Assembly (NCBI RefSeq): GCF_009914755.1
Contig: NC_060930.1
From: the human T2T-CHM13v2.0 reference genome, Homo sapiens
Strand: one strand, 5' to 3'
Length of the DNA stretch: 64,000 nt
The notes beneath the pieces are model-generated. The model saw only the letters and a list, made by a program, of their open reading frames with translations. It did no database searches and was not told the DNA's origin. This document shows positions 39,841 to 53,064 of the stretch, in pieces. The position numbers and the translations under genes are program-made. Each line of letters begins with the position of its first letter. Within the stretch, counting starts at the first letter, position 1.

Positions 39841-40821
39841 CCAGGGGGGCCTTTTTTGGGAGATATGCTTTTCCTCAAAGACACAGAAGTCTTACACATT
39901 CAGACCAAAGATACGCTAAAAGCCAGCACATTGTGTTATGTGAAATGTTTCGCTTGTCTCTTGGAATGATTGATGTGAACCTGAGAAGAATTTGAAATTT
40001 GAGCAGCCAAGCAACCAGGAATTAAGACCTTATCTAAAATTTAGGCAAAAAATCCAGACCACTGTAGTTAAGAAATCGGGTTAGAAATCTCCTGAGAAGT
40101 GACTTTCCCACAAGATTTCTGCTGCTTTCTAGTTCTGAATGGATGAGAAATATGACAAAAATGTACCATTGCTTTTAGTATCGCCTGTCCCTTTTTCTGG
40201 TTTGGGGTAAAAGTAGGAAACCAAGAGATGCAAACAAACGGATAAACAAGTGTCCCTCCAGGGAGTCACTCTGGTGTTTGGGACTGCACTGGTTTGGATT
40301 TCGGGAATGTCAAAGGGGTTCTCTTCTCCAAGCTTTCTTTTCTGTTCCCAGAACCTCAGCCTGCAGCGGATGTGGCACTATTGTCACAGTGGATGCGGAC
40401 GGTTGGGCACTTGCTCCCCTAGGGTGACTTGACTTAAACTTCTGGCTGGTTCAGAGGGAAAACAAGACTGGTGGTCTTGATGGACCCAGTTTTTGTGGGC
40501 ATCTGTTTACGCGGCCCTTGCATGCATAGCCTGCCCTGCAGAGCTGGTGGGCATCCCAGCAAAGTCCCAGAGCAGAATGGAGGGATCCCAGTGGGTGCTG
40601 CGGGGAGGCTGGCAGTGGCCTTGCTGTACTCACCTTTGCCCACAGCTGGAAATTAGTGCTTCATGTGTGAGGAGCATGTGTTTTCACTTCCCCTGCACCA
40701 GGAGTCTCCACACACCTGGGCGTGCATTTATGCTGTGGGACGTGGGAGCAGTGGGGACCATGTGGACAGAGCCACACCTTTACCTGGGCAGGAAGCAGAG
40801 CGGGGAATGTGCTTGGGAGTC

Positions 40822-40948
40822 TGTGCATCCATGCATGTGTGCGTGCATGTGCGTGCATGTGTGCATGTCTGTGCATGCCTGTGGACGTGTGTGTGTGCAT
40901 GTCTGTGCCTGCATGTGGACGTGTGTGTACGTGTGCATGTGTGTGTGC
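40822..40948. repeat. (TGCA/TG)n alternating purine-pyrimidine repeat
   Basis: atgcatgtgtgcgtgcatgtgcgtgcatgt... Confidence 0.9.
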
Positions 40949-43900
40949 AAAATGGGGCTGTGGTGATCTACTCTGCTAGATTCTAGGGGTTATAATTGAC
41001 TTCAGGATGGATCATGAGTAGCTGGTTGCATCTCTGACAAGCTGACCATCCTGCACTGATCCATGCAGGCTATTTCTATGACAAATTGGATTTGCTCCCA
41101 AACAGCCCATTCTTGGGGAAATGCACTGCATTTCTTCTTTTTTGGGTAAATGATACGGCCTCAGATGTGGACTGGCTCCTCACCTGGCTGAGCCGGGCGA
41201 AGATGCAGGAGGACACGCTCTTCTTGGGGTGGCTGTGCTGAGACCTGCCAGGCCCAGCTCACTCCAGCTACTTCCTCAGGATGGGAAGCCCAGGTGAAGG
41301 AGGCACATCGGGAAAGTTTTGGTCATTTTATCTCTTTCCAGAGTAAAGCTCCAATATTGTAGATTCAAGGAAGAATTTTGTTTCATTTCAGTTGTGGGTT
41401 TTTCTACCCAATATAGGTCAGCTGGATCTCACAAGCTATTGTGGCTTCTAAGGCATAGCCTGTCGATTCTAAGGAAATTTGTATTGTTCTCCTCCATCAG
41501 AGAAAGGGGAGAGTTTCTTGGGGGAGAGGAAGCAAGAATTGCTAAGACTGGTTAAGGAAACGTCTACTCCAGAGTTTAGCTCTCCCATGCCTTTGGGGGA
41601 CAGAGAATTCTATAAAGATCATGAGGCTTCCCAGAGCTTTCCATCTTTTTAAATGAGGAATTTGTTAAAAATCATCCATAATTTAGTAATATGTTGCTTT
41701 AAGATGGCAATATTTTAAAATAAATAACTCCATAGTAATCAATAAGCCTTCTATTCTTTTAATTGTTATTTGCTAGAAGCTTTTGCTGGACTTGCTCCAT
41801 GGATCACAATTTATTATTTGTTTGGTGTATGAAAATAGTCCATTAGAAATTGTGTTAGAGTTCACTTTATAGCTCAGTATCCAGGAACAGCAAGAAATCT
41901 ATTCACCTCCCTGTCTTCAATGCTTGATTAGTTCCAGCATTTCAGGCTGATAGCACTTATTTGGTTCTTGCTTGTCTCCAACTTGCAGTAATATAATCTT
42001 TTATAAAACATGTATAAAGATATAAAACATATCTTTCAAAGTTTATCATTTATAGCCTATAGATTGAGCCATCATAAAACAAATGATTTATTTATGTTCA
42101 TTAGTCTTAATTTTAGATGTGTTTCTGCCACTCCGAAGCTTATTCAACCAATTACCATAAATGAGTCTGTTCATTCATTTTCCATGAAATGCACAGGCCC
42201 AGCACATGTAACTGCTTTAACTACTTAGCTATTAATTACATACTAACTACATAAATATGGAAAATTATCATACATGTTTTATGTATCACCCCTGAGATGT
42301 GCATGTCGGTTTGAAATTGAGTGGAGTTATATCAAAATTACATTTCACTTCTATGAATTCAACCTTACGTGTTCTGCAAAAATAAAAAAAATGTTAAATG
42401 CTGTGGTTGATTACACACTCTCATGCTTCACTGTGTGTCCTGGAGTGAAGCAGGGCTGGGGGCTCTGCAGGTGCCGTGCCGCTCATCAACCACAAGTGGC
42501 ATAAACATCCCATGCGCTGAGTGTGAGCCTAGGGCTTAAAGAGAAATGGCCTCTAAACCCAGGCAACACCTTCATTTGGTGTTCAACCATAGAAGCAGCC
42601 AACACTTCTACCAATGAAGGAAATGACGAAGGGCATGTCCACGTGGGGCATTCTGAGGATGGTTCAAGGTGATGCCCTATTTCCCTCTTATGTTCTGATA
42701 TGAGAAGCTACCCTGTGGGTGAGCTGCAACTCCACTCAAAATTAATGACAGATGGGTGGCATATTCAGCGCAATTTGAATTTCCTCGTTTCTTTCTCATG
42801 TTTACCTCTCTGATGTTTCTGTGAATCCTCTCCTGAACTTTAGCCTGCACTCAGCACGTGCTCGTGGCCAGCTGAGCAAACCCAAGGCGAAGAGATGAGT
42901 GTGTTGGAAAGTCAGAACAAAAGAGTCGATAGGGCGTGTCAGTCTCAGCGTGGCTCCAGGCAGCACCTTCCCTTGGCAAAAGCTGTTTTTGAAACAGAAA
43001 ATAATTCGGTTCTGATCCATGTGCAATGCTTACAGAAGCAACCTGTGCCTCAAAGGTCCTCTTTTTTAGGGTTTCTAAGGAGGCAACCATGTCCTAATTA
43101 AACACTAAGTAGGCCTAACCTGACCACTGCTTTTCAGTTATACTTTTAAAAGAGCCATTTTCTGAAAATATACCCTGCCCTGAATTGAGCTGAGAATGGA
43201 TATTTATCATTAGCTATAGCTGATATGCTGTGAAGGTAATTGCCTTCAAAACCTGAAGCTCCTTTAGTCATGAACCAAATGTTAAAATATAGAGTGAATT
43301 TAAAAATTATAGAGTGAATTTGGGCATTTCCAAGCACACACGATAATAGGTTTCCTTTGGACTGAGTCATCTGAGTTGACTTTTTACGGAATAAAAATGT
43401 AAGCAATAAATGGAGACTTCCCAATTTTCTCTTTATTGGATTCAACAGTCATCTGAATCTGAAGTCCCATTTGCATCGCTGTTAACCAAAAGCTGCGCCA
43501 ACTTCACCTGGCCCTGCAGATTCTGGTGTACTAGATCATGGTGGCACAGAGATCTGAGGTCGGGTGATGGTAGTAGTTAGGCTTTGTGTGAGCTGGACCC
43601 TTCCCCAGGTCTCCAGGAGAAGGTTTCCAGTTGTTGCTATGGCCTGGCTTGTGCGGCACCACTGGGAATGCTGCTCATGGAATAGGATGGCCTTTCCTCC
43701 CTTCCCATCTCCAGGCCATCCTGCCATTGTCTGGGGTGAGGTCCTGCTGTAGGCACCCCGGAAAAAAAGAGAAACTCACAGACAGAATGCATGACAGACA
43801 TAAAATGTGCATCACAGAGCAAAGTGGAAAGATTTCCACAGCTTCCATGGCTGTGTGTCTGTGCATGGATCTCCACAGCTGCTCTACTCTCCTGCCAGTC

Positions 43901-44320
43901 AGGTGCTCCGGGCTGCCTGGAAATAGGCCATTGGCAAGCGTTCATTAGCCCTAAAACATGGGACAGCCTTTTCTCTCTGGTTATAAGCAGCTGGAATTCC
44001 CCATTTTGTGGACATTGCTGCCTCAGGGTTTATAAGCTAGTTACTTCACTGTACTATAAGACCTTGGCCAACGTTAGCAGTAGCTGTCCTCTAAGTGTCC
44101 TCCCCTAGTTCTCTTCCCTCCTAAGTTATGACAAGAGCTACGCATATCAGAGAAGGGACAAGAGCCTCTTTTCTCCTAACTCACATTCTCGCTCCATCCC
44201 AAGACTCATAACATACATCTGGGTTCCCTTTATAACAGCAAAAATTATGCCCCTGGACATCTATGTAGGAGGAGAATTCATACTTCATCTTAAGGTCATG
44301 GAGAAAAATCATGTAGGGGG

Positions 44321-44517
44321 TGTAAAGGGTTGAAAAGCAATGCCTCTCCCCGCCGCTGTCCAACCTCAAATTTATGTCTACTTGGAATCTGTGAATGTGG
44401 CCTTATTTGGAAACAGGGTCTTTGTAGACGTAATCAAGTTAAGATGAGGCCATACTGGAGTAGGGTGGCCTCTAAATCCTACATGACTAGTGTCCTTACA
44501 AGAGAAGAAAGCTTGGA

Positions 44518-44569
<52 letters not shown>

Positions 44570-44812
44570 GAACACCATGTGAACACAGGCAGCCATCAGG
44601 GGATGCTTTGCAAGCCAAGGAATGCCCAGCATTGCTGCAGCATCAGGAGCCGAGAGAGAGGCCCAGCACAGAGGATCCCTCAGGGCCTCTGGAAGGAACA
44701 GACCAGCAAACACCTGGATCAAGACTTCTGGCCTCAAGAACAGTGAGAGGATACATTACCATTACTTTAAGCCACACAGTTTGAGGTGATTTGTTACGGC
44801 AGCCTTAGGGGT
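44321..44812 (+). mobile_element. MaLR solo LTR (MLT1C-like)
   Basis: 'gaatgtggccttatttggaaacagggtctttgtaga', 'caagccaaggaatgcc', 'ttaagccacacagtttg..gtgatttgttacggcagcc'. Confidence 0.88.
44522..44566. repeat. (CA)22 microsatellite
   Basis: Perfect CA run inside the MLT1 LTR. Confidence 0.97.
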
Positions 44813-45569
44813 TAGAACTGTGAATAAATGTTAGTAGCTCTTATTAAATTATCTATACTATAAAATGAAACAATACTGCTAGACACTAGTTAGGGAAGTT
44901 ATCGGTGGTATTTAATGTATCTTACATTGGTAGTAGTGGGGACTCCACAATTATTTCCCACTTCTCATTCCTTATTCGATGGAGACATTTCAGGATTTTC
45001 CTCTCCATCCATTCCAGTGAGATGCCTGTGTCATTATTTTCCTTTGTGGCCGATAATGCAAAGTAAGAGGTGTTTTTCTCCTGGGTCTGCTTGATGTGGA
45101 GCAACCCCCCTGGGGTCCCCCACTCCCCACACACGAGGCCGCACGCCCGAAGAGCAGGATGGTTTTCAGGTCTGGGTTAACCCTGCCCCTTGGATTGCTC
45201 TCAAATCCGCGCTGGAAATGGACACCACATCTCTGTTGTGTACTTTATCTCCATTTCTCTTCCCAAACCCCAGTCTCCTCTTTTCTGTCTGTCCTGAACA
45301 GCGCTGGCCAGGAGGGAACACGGGTCAGAAGGGCAGGCAGGGAGGAGCTGGTACAAATCACGGCACCAAGACCCTGGTTTTTGGTGTACTGATGCAAATT
45401 CTGCCAAAGAGTTTTCACCAGTCTGCCTGGGGGCCTAAAAACATCTTCATCAGGGCCTTAAACCAGAGCCTTTCATTGGTCCAGAATCCCAATAGGAGAG
45501 GTGCAACATGCATACACACTCAGGAAATGATCAAAAAGATAAGTCTACCCAGAATGAAAATTAATACAA

Positions 45570-46110
45570 TCACTCCAGAAAACTATTTAGCAATCATCTC
45601 CTAAAGCTAAACATACACATTATCTAAGATTCAATGATCCAACATACATGCACACAGAAATGCATACACCATGTTCAGCAAAAGACACGTGTATGTTCAC
45701 GGTGGCACCATTTTCATAGCCCCCGATGTGGAAACAACCTAAGCGTTCTTCTAGAGTAGAATGAATAAATGCTGTGATGTGTCCACAGTGAAAAACTGTG
45801 CGTCAATGAGAATGAACATATGCAACAGCCTAGATAAATGCCAAAACGTAATCTAAAGCAAAAGGAGGTCGACACAAAAAGGTACATATAACACGGTTCC
45901 ACTTACATAACATTCAAAAACAGCACAAATGGGACGATGGCATTAAAAGTTTGTGTGAAAGCTACCACTGGAGGTGGAGTGGCTGGGGCCGGGAGGGAGC
46001 TTGGAGGATGCTGGTCATGCCTGTTTCTTGATCCCAGTGCTGCTGGCGTAAGTGTGCTTCCTTTTGGAAGATCCATCCAGGTGTTCAACTGTGGGTTGTG
46101 CATGTCTAGC
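45570..46110 (+). mobile_element. L1ME-type 3' end
   Basis: 'ctaaagctaaacatacac', 'gcaaaagacacgtg', 'tggaaacaacctaa', 'gtagaatgaataaat', 'ctgtttcttgatc'. Confidence 0.75.
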
Positions 46111-46349
46111 AATATTCACGCAGGCCAGCGTTGTTCAATGTAGAGTGTAGACCGCCAAAGAACCATGAGATAGACCAAAGACTTTGATAAGAGCTTTCCA
46201 GAAAAGCCCCTCAGATGTGTACAATCCTAATGGGCCGCATTGGAGCATGCATTACAGCACAGATCCTTTCCTTTCTGCGGCCACAAACATCCCAAACCTC
46301 GGAACATTCTAGTACATGGCACGTGGCTCCAGGCTGTGCTTGGCCAGAC

Positions 46350-46730
46350 CTCCCCATGAGACCCCGTGTTGAATCAGTCAAACGGTGAAACAAATTATAA
46401 TAATTTGAGGGGATGGACAAAGTTGACAACAGGGTTTAGGGAAATGGCAGGTGATAGTAACACTGGATGAGGGCGGCCAGTGGTTACAGGAACATGAAAG
46501 GAGACAGTGCTGTGGCAAAGGCCAGCTGGAGAAGAACTGTCACCTTAGCTCAGGGGACAAAGCCCATCAGAAGCAACTCCTCAGGAAGGAAGCTGGGGAG
46601 CAAATACCCTGACCTCACTCTCTATCACCAAAGCCAACTGAAAGTCAGAGGACAGAAGCCCACTGGGGAGGCCCATGCCAGGATGGGGGAGATGCAGCGT
46701 GGACCTGTGGGAACCAGAACAGAGAACCCC
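46350..46730 (-). mobile_element. LTR33-like ERVL LTR fragment
   Basis: 'ggaagctggggagcaaataccctgacctcactctct', 'gccaactgaaagtcagaggacag..gcccactg'. Confidence 0.55.
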
Positions 46731-47059
46731 TGGCGCAGATGCTGAGAGTACTGCGCGTGAGGCCACGGAGAGCTGCAGCCCTTGGCCAGGCCCTCTGTGC
46801 CCTAGCTTTGAAAGTCTTTCAAAGCCTTTGAAAAATAGGTTTGTGTTTGCCTAATTTATTACCTTTAAATGTTGTCTTAGAAATGTCTTGATTTCTGACA
46901 TGGTCGAAAAAGGGTACTTAGATAAGAAAATGAATGAATTCCTTGCACAGGGTTACCCTGGAAGAAAAATGCAGCAAGATTTGCTTTTCTTTTTTCTGAT
47001 ACCTTTTTTCTTGAAGTTTGCTAAATACAAATGTGACAAAATCCAAAACATGCAAAGTA

Positions 47060-47575
<516 letters not shown>

Positions 47576-48042
47576 TTATTTGCTTTGTACTTACCTGAGA
47601 CTTAATGATGGAGAAGAGACAGGGAGAGCACATCTATGGTCATAGTTCATGTACATTTAAAACATGATTTATTTTGGTGGGGATGACATAGACTCAGAAA
47701 TGTGCCCACAGGAGCAAACAGCTCAATGCATTCCACACTGTGGACACACCCAGCAGCCATTAGGCTGTGACGTTGTCTGGAGCCTTGGGTACACTTGGCT
47801 GACCAGTTAGGCGGAGTGTCATGGGAGGGGCTGCCTGAGCTGCCCTCTGTGAATCAGCCCAGGCTTCTTGTTCCTGGTGCACTCGGAAAATGATGGATCC
47901 TCCTAGGGAGAAAAATTATCCCAAAAAAGTGCTCGCATAGAGTTCTGGAAAGGAAAGAAAAACAAGATAGTTAAGTGGGATGGCATGAATTGAAGATGAT
48001 ACAGGTAGTGTTAGGCCATAGTTTATAGACATAGTAGCATAT

Positions 48043-48386
<344 letters not shown>

Positions 48387-50791
48387 TTACTCATCTGGAA
48401 GAAGCAGGAACTGTTAACAATGTCACGAGTAAATGTAGTTAATTCTAAGGCATGACTTGCTTGAAAGCAGGAATGCTAACATCAGGGATGGTTGTAGTGT
48501 CAAAAGAAGATGTGTTTATAGAAACTTAATTGAACCTTTAGGCTGACAATGGGCTTAATAAAAATGGCCTCTTTTTGCTACTTTATCGCATGAAATCCAG
48601 TGAAATGAGTCAGAAGAAAAGTGACCTAATACATATTGCCACTCCATCAAATTCACTGTCACAGGAAGCTGTGGATTTAATGATACTGACCAGACTTTAC
48701 AAGTATTGGGTTCTTTTGGTCCATTAATAATATTTAGGGTGTGTAGTAACCACAGATGATGGTGAGCCTGGAATAATGAGCCTTCAGGTCTTGGGGCTTA
48801 TCCTGCTTTCTGGTTATGTTTTCCATATAGGATTACATAATTGGCTAGCAAATGTATAATGGTTTGGATGTAATAATGGCATAGTCTGACTTCCTAGCGG
48901 GCCTGACTTTCCGAAAACCAGATTCATCCAAAAACTTAAAAACCAAATAAATATTCCTTCAAGTGATTAGTGCATTCCAGTTGTCATCTGGCTTGTAATG
49001 ACTGGTTTTCAGTGTTCAGTGATGGCCCGGGCATAAAATAAATCTCGCTCCGATCCTCCATGTCAGCACAGGCATTAAAGCCCATAAACCATCCTCTGCC
49101 TAGTCTGTCATTGCCACCACGTTCTGAGTACTAGCTAATATAAACCTGCCCTGCCGGCCCAGCAGCCACCAGACAGACATTTTATGGTTGCTGTTCCCTA
49201 AGCCAGATGAAAATGATTATAAACTACAAGGGCTCTTTTGATATGACCTATTAATAGCCGTGTTATTTTTTGATGAGGGTAGCAGGGAGCCTTGGCATGG
49301 AATGGGTGAAGAGTGGGCACTGTCTCCCACCTCCCAGGGTGATACCTGGGGTTGCCCCGTGTGTCGGCCCCCAGGACAACACTGTGCCTCCATCTCCCAC
49401 ACTGCTGCTGCTGGCCTCCTTCTGTCCCTCCACTGGGAAAGAATGTTCGACATTCAAGCTATTCCAAGCAGCATCCTTGATGTCTCGTTTCACGGGTCTG
49501 TTTCACACCGTGGTGAGCGCTAGCTGTAACTCTCATATCTCAGCTATTTGTCTTGGCAGCTCCTCCTGTTTTGCTAACTGGACAGAATCAGGCAGAGGCG
49601 GCCTCCCCTGCACACAAGGGAAGGGGTGACATCTGTCATCCTCTTCTGCCTGCGGGACGCCCACAGAGGCCTCTGGGTAGGGCCAGAGGGTGAATGTCCT
49701 TCATCTTTCTCTTTCTCCCTCTCTTAGCTGTAAGGAAAATGCTGAGGGAACGATTTTGCTCACAGCCTTTAGGGCAGACATTGAAGCAAAACAGATGAGG
49801 AGGATTGGCAGGGCTGACTCAGCAGTGGATACCTGGGAAGGAGACCCAGGGCTCCCACCTGCCACGCTGGCCACCCCTGGCATGAGTATGCACTTTGCAC
49901 TCTCTCCAAGCCATGAAAGCACCTGCATGGGGGGTGGTGTGTTTTCCTCATGCCCAAGTGCCATGGCACCCCAGGCACCACCCAACAGGGCAGGGGCATT
50001 AGCCCAGGCAAACCTTTCTCATAAGTTTAGATCTCCAGGCTCATCAAAATGGTTGAATACATCCTGATGCCAAGGGAAGGAGAATGGGCCAGGGGAGGCA
50101 GAGCTTTAAGGTAGAATTTCTTCTGAATTAGGGATAACACTGACTATCAGGTTGCAGAGTTTACAGAGTAATGAAAGAGGATTCAGAATTCGGAGAATGA
50201 GTTCTAGTCACGTGTCAGGTGGGAGTATCCATCTCACTATTGGCTTCTGCTGAGGGAAGTAGGGATGAGAAATTGGCTTCATCCAAAGTTGGCTACCATA
50301 TTTCTGTGACTCAGGGCTTGTGTCTGGCACTGGCCTTCAAGAAATGTTAGCTCAATTGGTCCCAGTTTGGTTTCTTCGTCGGCCTTTACTACAGATGTGC
50401 ATAGTGGAACACATGTTCTTCTAAAAGTCCTCCAGGGTAAAGTCCTCCTGTTGTCCTTTGGACAAGTTTGAAACATCCTAAGCAAGACGATATTCCATGG
50501 ATACCCCTTGCTGTGGCCCTCTCATGACTGTTGTGTCCACATGGTACTGGGGAGAGCTCAGCCTGTCCTTGGGCCAAGCAGGACGGAGTCAGTGACAACA
50601 AGGACAGGGCTGGAGTCGAAGAGAAGACAAAAAATAATGTGTCAGAGTGTAGAGCATTTGTCTCTGAGGACGGGGTCAGAACAGTCCATCCTTGGCATTC
50701 ACATGACATGGTTAGAGATTTCGACCCAAATAGTTATCTCTGTGGAGGACAATGTCACCAAGGATCTTAACAAGTGGTCACTGAAAGCCAA

Positions 50792-51052
50792 GGAAAGGGT
50801 GTCACACTATGGGGAAATTAATTTATTCTGGAAAGGGTGTCATACTATGGGGAAATTGATTTATTCTGGAAAGGGTGTCACACTATGGGGAAATTAATTT
50901 ATTCTGGAAAGGGTGTCATACAATGGGGAAATTGATTTATTCTGGAAAGGTTGTCTTACTATGGGGAAATTAATTGATTCTGGAAAGGGTGTCATACTAT
51001 GGGGAAATTGATTTATTCTGGAAAGGCTGTCTTACTATGGGGAAATTAATTT
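50792..51052. repeat. 38-bp minisatellite, ~6.9 copies
   Basis: Unit ggaaagggtgtca(c/t)actatggggaaatt(a/g)atttattct starts at 50792, 50830, 50868, 50906, 50944, 50982, 51020. Confidence 0.97.
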
Positions 51053-51214
51053 TTAAAGAAGCCACAGAGAAATGACAAAATAGACCATGTGTAGGCACTT
51101 TTTGGCAGTGTTTTGGGGCTTTCCTTGCCTCTATAGGGACCTTTTCTCACCTGCTCCCTCGTGGGATGGTTTTGGAGCTGTTTCTCATTGGCTCAGATTC
51201 ATTTGCCAAATGGA

Positions 51215-51375
51215 CTCTTAGCTTCACTCCTCCACTCCTGCCCACAGGGTCTTGAGAAAGTTGTTTCACCTTATTGAGCCTCAGTTGAGTCGTCTGTGAA
51301 TAGGAAGAATCTTGATTACCTCTTGGAGTTCCTGTTATACATAAGTGACAGAATATCTAGATAAAATGTGTGCAA
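51215..51375 (+). mobile_element. MIR
   Basis: 'tcttgagaaagttgtttcaccttattgagcctcagtt...tctgtgaatagg'. Confidence 0.6.
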
Positions 51376-52409
51376 TTGAATTTTCTATTTTGCATCAGAC
51401 TCTTTTTGTTTAGCAAAATAGGAAAATGTTGAACAAGAAAAACCTCTTTATTCCCCTCTGCCTCTTACATCGAAAACTCTTAATTTCTAGAGACAAACAC
51501 TTCACAGTTTCCATTGTAGCATATTTCAGTGTCTTTCATCACGGACAGCCAGAAACTGTTATCTAGTTCATAAACCACGCACTTCCCTATTTGGCAGGAG
51601 TGAGCAAAGGGCCAGTTGCACCAAATAGGGATTTTATTTTTGCCTGGAGAGCGTGGCTTACATTTTGATGAGAGAAGACAAGGAACGTTTTGGAGCATGC
51701 TTCCCAGGCTCTGGAAGGACAGCACAGTAGAAGAGGGGCACCCCCAGCCCTGAACACATCACAAGTGTGTATCACAGATGTCCAGGGCCTTGGCCTGGTT
51801 CCATACAGGCACTGTCCAGGCAGCCAGCTGAGGCTCCATGCCAGGTCTCCACTTCCTCCTCCAGACATGCTACCTCCTCATCCCTTTCAGCAGGGTCATT
51901 TAGGGCTGGTATGCTGGCTTCCCTGTGCAAGAATCGCCAATTTGCCACTCTTGTCACTTTTCCCTTGTCATGTTCTGTCTGTCTCTCACACACAGACACC
52001 TGCCCTACTGTTATTTAAAACATTGCTTTTGGCACTTTCCAGGCCAAGCTATAAATAAAGGGTGGACTGACCTTGTCAACTGTTAAATTGGAGCCGTGGT
52101 GCGTTGCCTAGAACATTGCGGATGACCCCGAGCAGCACAGCAGATCAACGGCTGAGAAAGAGCTCATTCAGCTCATCTAACTAGGATGCTGTCCTGCCAG
52201 AGCCCTGGGGGTTCTCGTCTCCTGGGGCAAAAGCAGCATGCAACCCTTATGAACCCATCTTGGAGGGCATTCGGGGAGCCCAAGACAAGACCATTGGGAG
52301 CCTCAGGGTCACTTGTGGGGGTCTCTGTGCTGGACGGCTGTACCTCTCATGAAATGGACAACTGACCATAAGAAGGAGGTAAGTTACGCATGGACGGGAA
52401 AATAAGAAG

Positions 52410-52590
52410 CTCCTACTTAGGGCTGTGATATGTGCGGTAACCATTTAACGTTAATAGCATCCATGTGAGACAGGTGCTAGTACTGCCCCATTTCATATTG
52501 GCGGACATTGAGGCACACAGACTGTATGACTTGCCCAAGGCTGCCCACCTGGTTAGGGGAGCTCCAGGATTCCAATCCAGTCCGAACTCA
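52410..52590 (-). mobile_element. MIR
   Basis: 'ccccatttcatattggcggacattgaggcacacag...tgacttgcccaaggc'. Confidence 0.7.
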
Positions 52591-52596
52591 ACACGA

Positions 52597-52885
52597 GGGG
52601 TGGCACCTACAGGCTGGGGTCAATCTGGAAGACTGCCTGTTGTATGGCCTGGCAACTAAAAAATGTTTTTTACATTTTTAAATGGTTGACAAAATTAAAA
52701 TAAGAGAATATTTCATGACATCATCAAATTACACGAAATGCAAATTTCAGCATCTACAAATACAGTTTGATTGGGACACAGCCACCCTCATCCGTTTGCA
52801 GGCTATCCCTGGCTGCTTACAGGGTCCACATAGTCCATAAAGCCTGAGATATTTACTATCTGGCCTTTTACAGAAAAAGTCCCCA
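52597..52885. mobile_element. MER58B-like hAT-Charlie MITE
   Basis: 'ttttacatttttaaatggttg', 'atttcatgaca', 'gggacacagccac', 'atatttactatctggccttttacagaaaaagt'. Confidence 0.8.
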
Positions 52886-52887
52886 AA

Positions 52888-53064
52888 CACTAATCTGAAA
52901 TGTTTGCATCAGAACCCCTTGTGGGGCTTGTTAGAATGCAGCTCCCTGGTCCCACACCCAGTCTCTGATTCAGTAAGTCTGGAGCAGGGCCTGGGAATTT
53001 ACATTTCAAAATAATTTCCCAGGTGATGCTCATACTGGTCCACAGACCACTTTGAGAGCCACTA
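52888..53064. mobile_element. MER5A hAT-Charlie MITE
   Basis: 'gcatcagaacc...ggcttgttagaatgcag', 'ctgattcagtaagtctggagcagggcc', 'cccaggtgatgct', 'gaccactttgagagccact'. Confidence 0.85.

Noticed and set aside
39167-39919. 199/170/124-aa ORFs
   Set aside because: Translations of the minisatellite and GA tract (SL/RE-rich low complexity).
50792-51052. CRISPR-like regular 38-bp repeats
   Set aside because: Head-to-tail units with no unique spacers, no cas genes, eukaryotic context: a minisatellite.
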